Shown here: positions 58,501-64,000 of the stretch, piece after piece | Position numbering within the stretch: the first letter of the stretch is position 1 | How the letters are laid out: each line of letters begins with the position of its first letter | NCBI GenBank assembly: GCA_973895155.1 | Contig: OZ316891.1 | Coordinates: forward strand, 32,375,208 to 32,439,207 | DNA length: 64,000 bases | Reading direction: 5' to 3' | Source of the DNA: Marsupella aquatica | Lineage: Eukaryota; Plantae; Marchantiophyta | Translations under genes and position numbers: made by a program | The notes under the pieces: generated by a model | Told to the model about the DNA's origin: nothing | Databases searched by the model: none | The model's input: only the letters and a program-made list of their open reading frames with translations

Positions 58501-59038
58501 TTTCAATGAGAGATCCCTTGTCTCCTTTAAATATTGTACAGAGCACACGAGGATGATATTTTGGATTGTCCGGGTTCTCCTCTGTTACAAGCGTCCAGGA
58601 GTACAGCCTGTGATTTCCATCGAATACAGAGAACATCTTATCCTTCAAGACGAGAAAATCTGGGTCAGCCTCGCATTCAGCCTCAAACTTCTCGTTCTCC
58701 AATTGCCATATTGGATCCCATGAATCACGAATGTCCTGGGTACAGGTCAGAACAATTCCGTTCTCATCCGTTGGCTGCACATAGAAACGCATCCCTATCG
58801 AAGAGTTGTAACCCATACTACGAAAAGAGTCTTTCAGCTTCTCGATGGAAGAGCTGTCTTTCTGCAGAGTATGAACCACCTCCATGTGAACCAATCGACA
58901 CAGAGGGATTCAAGGCGGCTCCTTGTCAAATCCATGAGAATCCTTTCCAAAAGACATGACATGTTTTGAAATGAGATCAATCTCAGCAAGCACGCAATCC
59001 GCAACATCCTGGATCGCCAGTGTGTCTACGTTGTCCAT
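55547..59038 (-). pseudogene. Spliced ParB/Srx-like plus helical region plus beta-class N4C/N6A DNA methyltransferase-like fusion gene (two in-frame stops)
   Basis: Exons ~59038-58473 (IEKLKDSF...GY...VFDGNHRL), 58348-57015 and 56823-55547 join in frame over GT-AG introns. The last exon has VIELVTRPRDIFMDWTAGAGSS..A....GRFVLGIE (motif X-I-II pattern). Stops at 58910-58912 and 57922-57924. Confidence 0.72.
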
Positions 59039-59483
59039 CTTTCTTCACAAAGGATTTGGACCCAAAACACCGCTGACAGAAGTGAGCGGCAACAACTTTG
59101 AGGAACGAGTTACACGACGTGTATAGACTGAACCAGTAAACGAAGACTGCGAAGATTCAGAATAAGCTCGCTCCTGGTCATGAACCACACTATACCCTCT
59201 GGAAGAAGAGGGGAATACCTCCATCGTCCTTCTAGAAGCGTACAAACTATCGTACAATGAAATTATGGAACTATAATCATCTCTGAACGTGTAATATATT
59301 CTAGCGGGAGGATGACATAACCTAGAGGAAATCCATTAGCTCTGGTGTTTGGCGGTTTCCAACGTCTGTATACGGAAGGTTTAATTACCAAAATCAAATG
59401 GTAGAAGATGCGTAACACACACGGAAGTCATAAGTTACCGTTGAATGTTACCGTTAAAGACATTTCCTAACATCATATCAATA

Positions 59484-59910
59484 CTAGCGTCGGGCGCTAG
59501 CATTAATGATGACCATCAAGGTGAACAATTTAGAGTATGCTTATAATAGCGCCCGACGCTAGTATAAACTGGAAGAAATTTAGAGGTCTTTTTGGAAGGA
59601 GCTATAACATAAATTTTGGCCTTTCCACCCCCATATTTTATTAAAGTATCCTTCAGTACATCGTTTACGGAGAAATATTTCTCAAATGTAATACTAGCGC
59701 CCGGCGCTAGTATAAATGTTCATTTATCATCCATAATCCATCAAAACCATCCTTTGAAGGCACCATTTATTCCCAATTACCACCTGGTATGTGGTCATAA
59801 TGTTCATTTTCAGGGAATTTATTCTATACTAGCGCCGGGCGCTAGTTTGGAATGTCGAGATTTCAGACACATTTTTAGTGGCGTATTTTAGTTAGCGCCA
59901 GGCGCTACTA
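59484..59910. promoter_or_regulatory. Cluster of five AGCGCC-N-GGCGCT palindromes in the divergent intergenic region
   Basis: Copies at ~59484, 59546, 59694 (ATACTAGCGCCCGGCGCTAGTAT), 59828 and 59893. Confidence 0.65.
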
Positions 59911-60185
59911 AAATTTGACAATACCTTGTCATATCTTATGGTCTGTTTAAGTAAGGTTGGTGATCTTTTTAGCAATATGTTCGTGTCTGACATCCGGACT
60001 TCTCGGGGAAAAAATGACAAAAATCATTTATGGTGCCAACGGATCCTCCATTGTCAATGTTTTATGTCGTATACAAACGGATCGGTTAACGTCAAATTCC
60101 CAGGTTCGACAGATATAAGCTGAACAATACCATGAACTTTTCTTCTTTCAAACGCTATAGCCCTCGGTTTTTGTTTTTGTTCACC

Positions 60186-63100
60186 ATGTCTCGGTCTATC
60201 GTTCTTTCTCGATTCAGTTCTGAAGATATTGTGACTATCCCCGTCCCCATGGAAGATACGTACAAGCAGGTCCGGGAGAGGTATCTCTGCGGGAGATTTG
60301 ATTTGAAGATGAATGACATTGAGGCCATTGTTCAAGAGCTCAAATCCATTGATGATATCGAGGATGCTGCAACGTTCAATGTCGATGACGATGAACGGTT
60401 TTGGCATCTCTACGCAGGGATCTCGTACTCGGTTCATTTAAGATAGCATGCAGGACTGTCCAGTTTCCCGCCGGTTCCATGTGATGTGGTTGAGATTTCT
60501 TCAAGTGAGGATGGAGATCGTACTCTAAGTCCACCGTCGAAGAAGAAAAGCCCGCTCCCCGCTGTCGTGAAAGCTGAGACTCCGGGAAGCTCTAAGCAGT
60601 TGGAGTTCGTGTACCGGCGCAGTGCGATGGATACGTTACTCAAATCAACTGGTCATAGTGAGTTGGCACGGTTCATATCAGCGGGTGATTTCAGGCATGA
60701 ACAAGTGTCCTGTCTGCCAACTAAGTACAATGGTAACGTCGTGTTTGAGTTGTCGCCCATTGATAAGATGCTCTCTAAAGGCTCTAGGCTTAGGGACATG
60801 GATCGTGCCAAAGATTGTTACATTTGGACACGCATATTTCCAACAACTGCAACTATTCATCCTAAAAACCTTTGGCAGTTTGGGAAGGTTACCTGTACGG
60901 GATTCATTGAATGCAGGAACAAGTCCTGCGACTATTTCCAAAGGAAGAAGAAGGCAAATGCTAAGGCATGGCAGGGTACTCCAAAGCTCAGTGGTCAGTA
61001 TGCTGTGGGATCTTTCATCGAAGAGGGAGGTGTTGTTTGTCATTACTGCGAACAGATTCCTTTTTGTGTGAAGTACTGCCCTGCCCGTTTGTTTTACATG
61101 TACCCCCAAGTATTACTTGATGCGGAAACATGTAGTCATATGTCCCGCCTGGCAATTCATATAGGTGAGCACAACCATCCAGGTAGAAAAACCTTCTGTA
61201 GGAGTGCGGAGAAGATAGCTGAGGATCTAATTAAAAAAAACATGAAGCCAATCCTCTATCAAAACCGGCAGGGATCTTGAATTCTGCTACAGGGTCCTTA
61301 GTGAAATCTCTCTGCGAACATGTTGACGACATGGTCGATATCGAAGAAACTGAAATGTGGAAGTCTTTGATGGTCCTTTCCACTCCGCAGAAGTTTGCAT
61401 CTCTTTGTCGGAGCGTTAGATAGACCAAAAAGGTCGGGGTGAATTAGATTTTCCCTCGCAAATGCAGAGGAAAATTCATGTGTCGTTTCTCCAGAGGTAT
61501 TTGCTTCCAGGTCAGGGATGTCAGAACGATAGGCCTCACATCTTTAAAATGACTGTGAAAGGTCACGGTTCCGGTGTGGATCTTTTGAGGCAGATGCAAT
61601 CGGGTGGAAGACTCAAAGGAGCCTGGGTAAGTTTCGATGTGATGCAGCATGTCACCACGGATTGGTTTACTTTCAGCGCACACGTCTACGACCACAATTT
61701 CCGTGCACTGTGTACAATTTTCACATGCGAGTTGAAAGGTGAAGACACTGAGTCTTTTGAAAAGGCATGGAGAGTGATGATTGAGGTTTGCAAAGAAAAT
61801 GAACTTCAGGAGGTTGTCATCCAAGGATTTATGGCCGACAATGCACAAGTTGGATGGAATGCAGTGCGAAATGTTTTTTTTGTGGACACCCGGACCCGGA
61901 GAGGGAGCGCTCTGATGCATTTCACTTTTATCAATCTTTTCATTGTCATTCCAAGGAAGGAGTACTGGAAGAATGTCAATCGGAGCATCGGAGACTTTGG
62001 GAGAAACTGAGAAATGCTCCATCATTTGTGGCAGCATACCGGGTGTCCCGAGAGATTGTTGTGTGGTGGCAATCAGGAAACTGTGTCCCCGGAAAGCTGA
62101 AGATGCTGCAAAGCTGGATATCTTGGTGGGTTGTTTGCTGGCGCCAGTGGGGCAATTTTATTCAAGTGGTAAGGCATCCATCTATCTAGACTGTAATGTT
62201 CATCAACTTCATATTAGCGCCAGGCGCTGGTTATTTTCTCCATACACGTCAAAACAAGTAGTACAAGAAATTGAAGCCAATATGTAGTTAGAATTCAGTA
62301 TTAAACATTGAAATTGTATTTCAGGCCTGTTCTACATATTTATGTTGCCAGCGCCGGGCGCTGGTAATAGAATACTACTTACGGTTGACATTTTTGTATG
62401 GCAGAGCAAAAGCGCTGAGGAAGGTGCCTTGATCCCCAACTGTACAGGGTCAGAATCAAGGCATGCGTCCATGAAAGCCTCGGCTACAAAGAAAAAGGTC
62501 GGTCTTTATGAAGCTTGCGAAGTTGACCAAAACCATGCTCTGTCTCAAGTTGCCGGATACAGTGCATACCGTAAAGGCTTGAACCGGGGGAAGGGGCCAA
62601 CTATATGGGAATTGGCGTTCCATTCCGCCGATCAAGCAGGTTCGCCAAGATTGTTTGAAGAAGCGACTAATATGCTTCTATCTAACGCAGCAGAATTCGA
62701 TTTGGAAAGAAGTACTCCCCTGAATGGAGATATAATGACGAAGTCAATGAAGAGGAAGGGACATGCAACTGGGACTGTCTCTCCACAAGATTCCCATCGG
62801 CATGACACCGTTCTAATAACCACACCAAATACTCGTGGTTTGAAAAGGAAGAACCTGAACAGATCTGACTTTTCTTCTATTCCCTCAAGTTCTGATCATC
62901 CTGTCACAAAGGCGGTGAATCTCTCAGGTATGGTCACATCAGAGAGTGATACTGATTCACTGGACTATACTCCTCAAACAACCCAAACAACAAGATCCTC
63001 AAAACCTCCGCTCAGTGCCCCAGCAGCACTTCAGAATCAACTTCCACGCACGATTGTGCTAGAGAAGGATGTCCCTCCGGGGCAGTGGCAGTTGCAATGG

Positions 63101-63934
63101 ACATCGAAGTATGGAGCAGGTCTGCAATGCAATGGTACACTGAATGGGAGTTTGGATCGCGATGAGTGTCGAAATCGTATCAAGAAGGTTGGCTTCCATT
63201 CGTCTGAAGGTGTTGTCGGAATTGTCGTGAAGGGCCATCGTCTCTTCAGGGGCGAACCCGTCTCCGAAATGATTTGGTTTTGCCCAAACCAAGCGTGTTA
63301 CAAGAGTCATCCGCGTCGTGGTGTTCAGAAGCTTCCTCCTTTTCCTGACATTTTGCCTGTTCTGAAGGGTACGAGCCTGTCTCCTTCTGAAATTACATTC
63401 TTGGAAGAGCAAGGACTTGTCTTAGCACGAACAACAAGATTGAGTCGATCTGCGCCATCTGCTTTTGACCTCAGGATAAATGTTAACGTGTTCCCAGAAA
63501 CAATAAGGTTTTTGGAGCCAAATCTCCGACTTGGTAGTCGGAATGGGAGGAACTCAAGGCCTCGGTCTAATCTCACTGTGGGTCACACAAAGCGAATGGA
63601 GTCTGCACGACAAGAAGTGATGAGTTTGGATGGGGAATGGAATGTTCAGACCGGAAATGCTTTTGGAAAGCAATTTCGAATTCGAACCCATGAGAACCAT
63701 CGATCACCAAGCACATACTTTGTCCAAATCTGTATCTTCCCCGCTTGCTCTTGTGAAGACTTCTTCCTCCGACATTCGCGTGGCAAGTCGTACATGCCTT
63801 GCAAACATCTATACTGGGTGTACATAAATGTTTTCAAACTTGAGATTGAGGAGTCGACTCTTTGTAGCCAACCTATTTTGACTTTAGGCGAAGTCAGGCT
63901 TGTGCTGGAGAGGCAGAACTTGAATGGCTTATGA
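60186..63934 (+). pseudogene. MULE-type transposase: GCM/WRKY-like Zn domain, DDE core, C-terminal SWIM finger
   Basis: CTGFIEC.NKSC...CHYC...CPAR...HIGEHNHP; VSFDV, GFMADNA, AFHFYQS and GSESRHASMK (D, D, xxH, E); CSCEDF...PCKHL SWIM. Intron 62169-62404; stops at 60444 and 61421; frameshifts in the A-run ~61235 and T-run ~61878. Confidence 0.8.
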
Positions 63935-64000
63935 GAGAGATCGAAACTGCCCAACAGGTCGTCGTTCAATATAACGGTTATTCCCTATTTTGTCTTTTTC

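Larger units (their letters stand above)
53160..64000. mobile_element. Mutator-like (MULE) DNA transposon, copy 2, >=10.8 kb, carrying a ParB-MTase cargo gene
   Basis: Left end GGGGGGAATTTACAAACGACAG shared with copy 1; MULE-type transposase on the + strand, cargo genes on the - strand; dispersed palindromes throughout. Confidence 0.75.

Noticed and set aside
55547-59038. Bacterial or phage contamination explaining the ParB-MTase
   Set aside because: The gene has spliceosomal GT-AG introns, occurs in two diverged copies and is embedded among plant TEs.

Overview
Plant-type (land plant) heterochromatic sequence made almost entirely of nested transposable elements; no intact host gene is evident. 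From left to right: (1) the 5' half of a minus-strand Ty1/copia element; (2) a decayed P-element-like transposase with PHD and BRCT fragments; (3) three related Ty3/gypsy (Tat/Athila-like) LTR families, here called A, B and C, whose very large LTRs (4-4.9 kb) each contain a long ORF with a shared conserved domain plus a coiled coil. These occur as two TSD-flanked solo LTRs, one full-length but RT-less element with a tRNA-Asn PBS, and rearranged fragments; (4) a CACTA fragment; (5) two diverged copies of a G-run-terminated Mutator-like DNA transposon. The longer copy (53160 to beyond the window end) encodes a GCM-like/MULE-DDE/SWIM transposase and, divergently, a spliced gene fusing a ParB/Srx-like domain to a beta-class N4C/N6A DNA-methyltransferase-like domain. 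More than 20 copies of a 15-bp palindrome (YAGCGCC-N-GGCGCTR) lie in the introns and intergenic spacers of these two copies. The ParB-MTase/palindrome transposon and the protein-coding LTRs, with their covarying hairpin, are the strongest candidates for undescribed systems. All domain calls are motif recognition by eye, not database hits.
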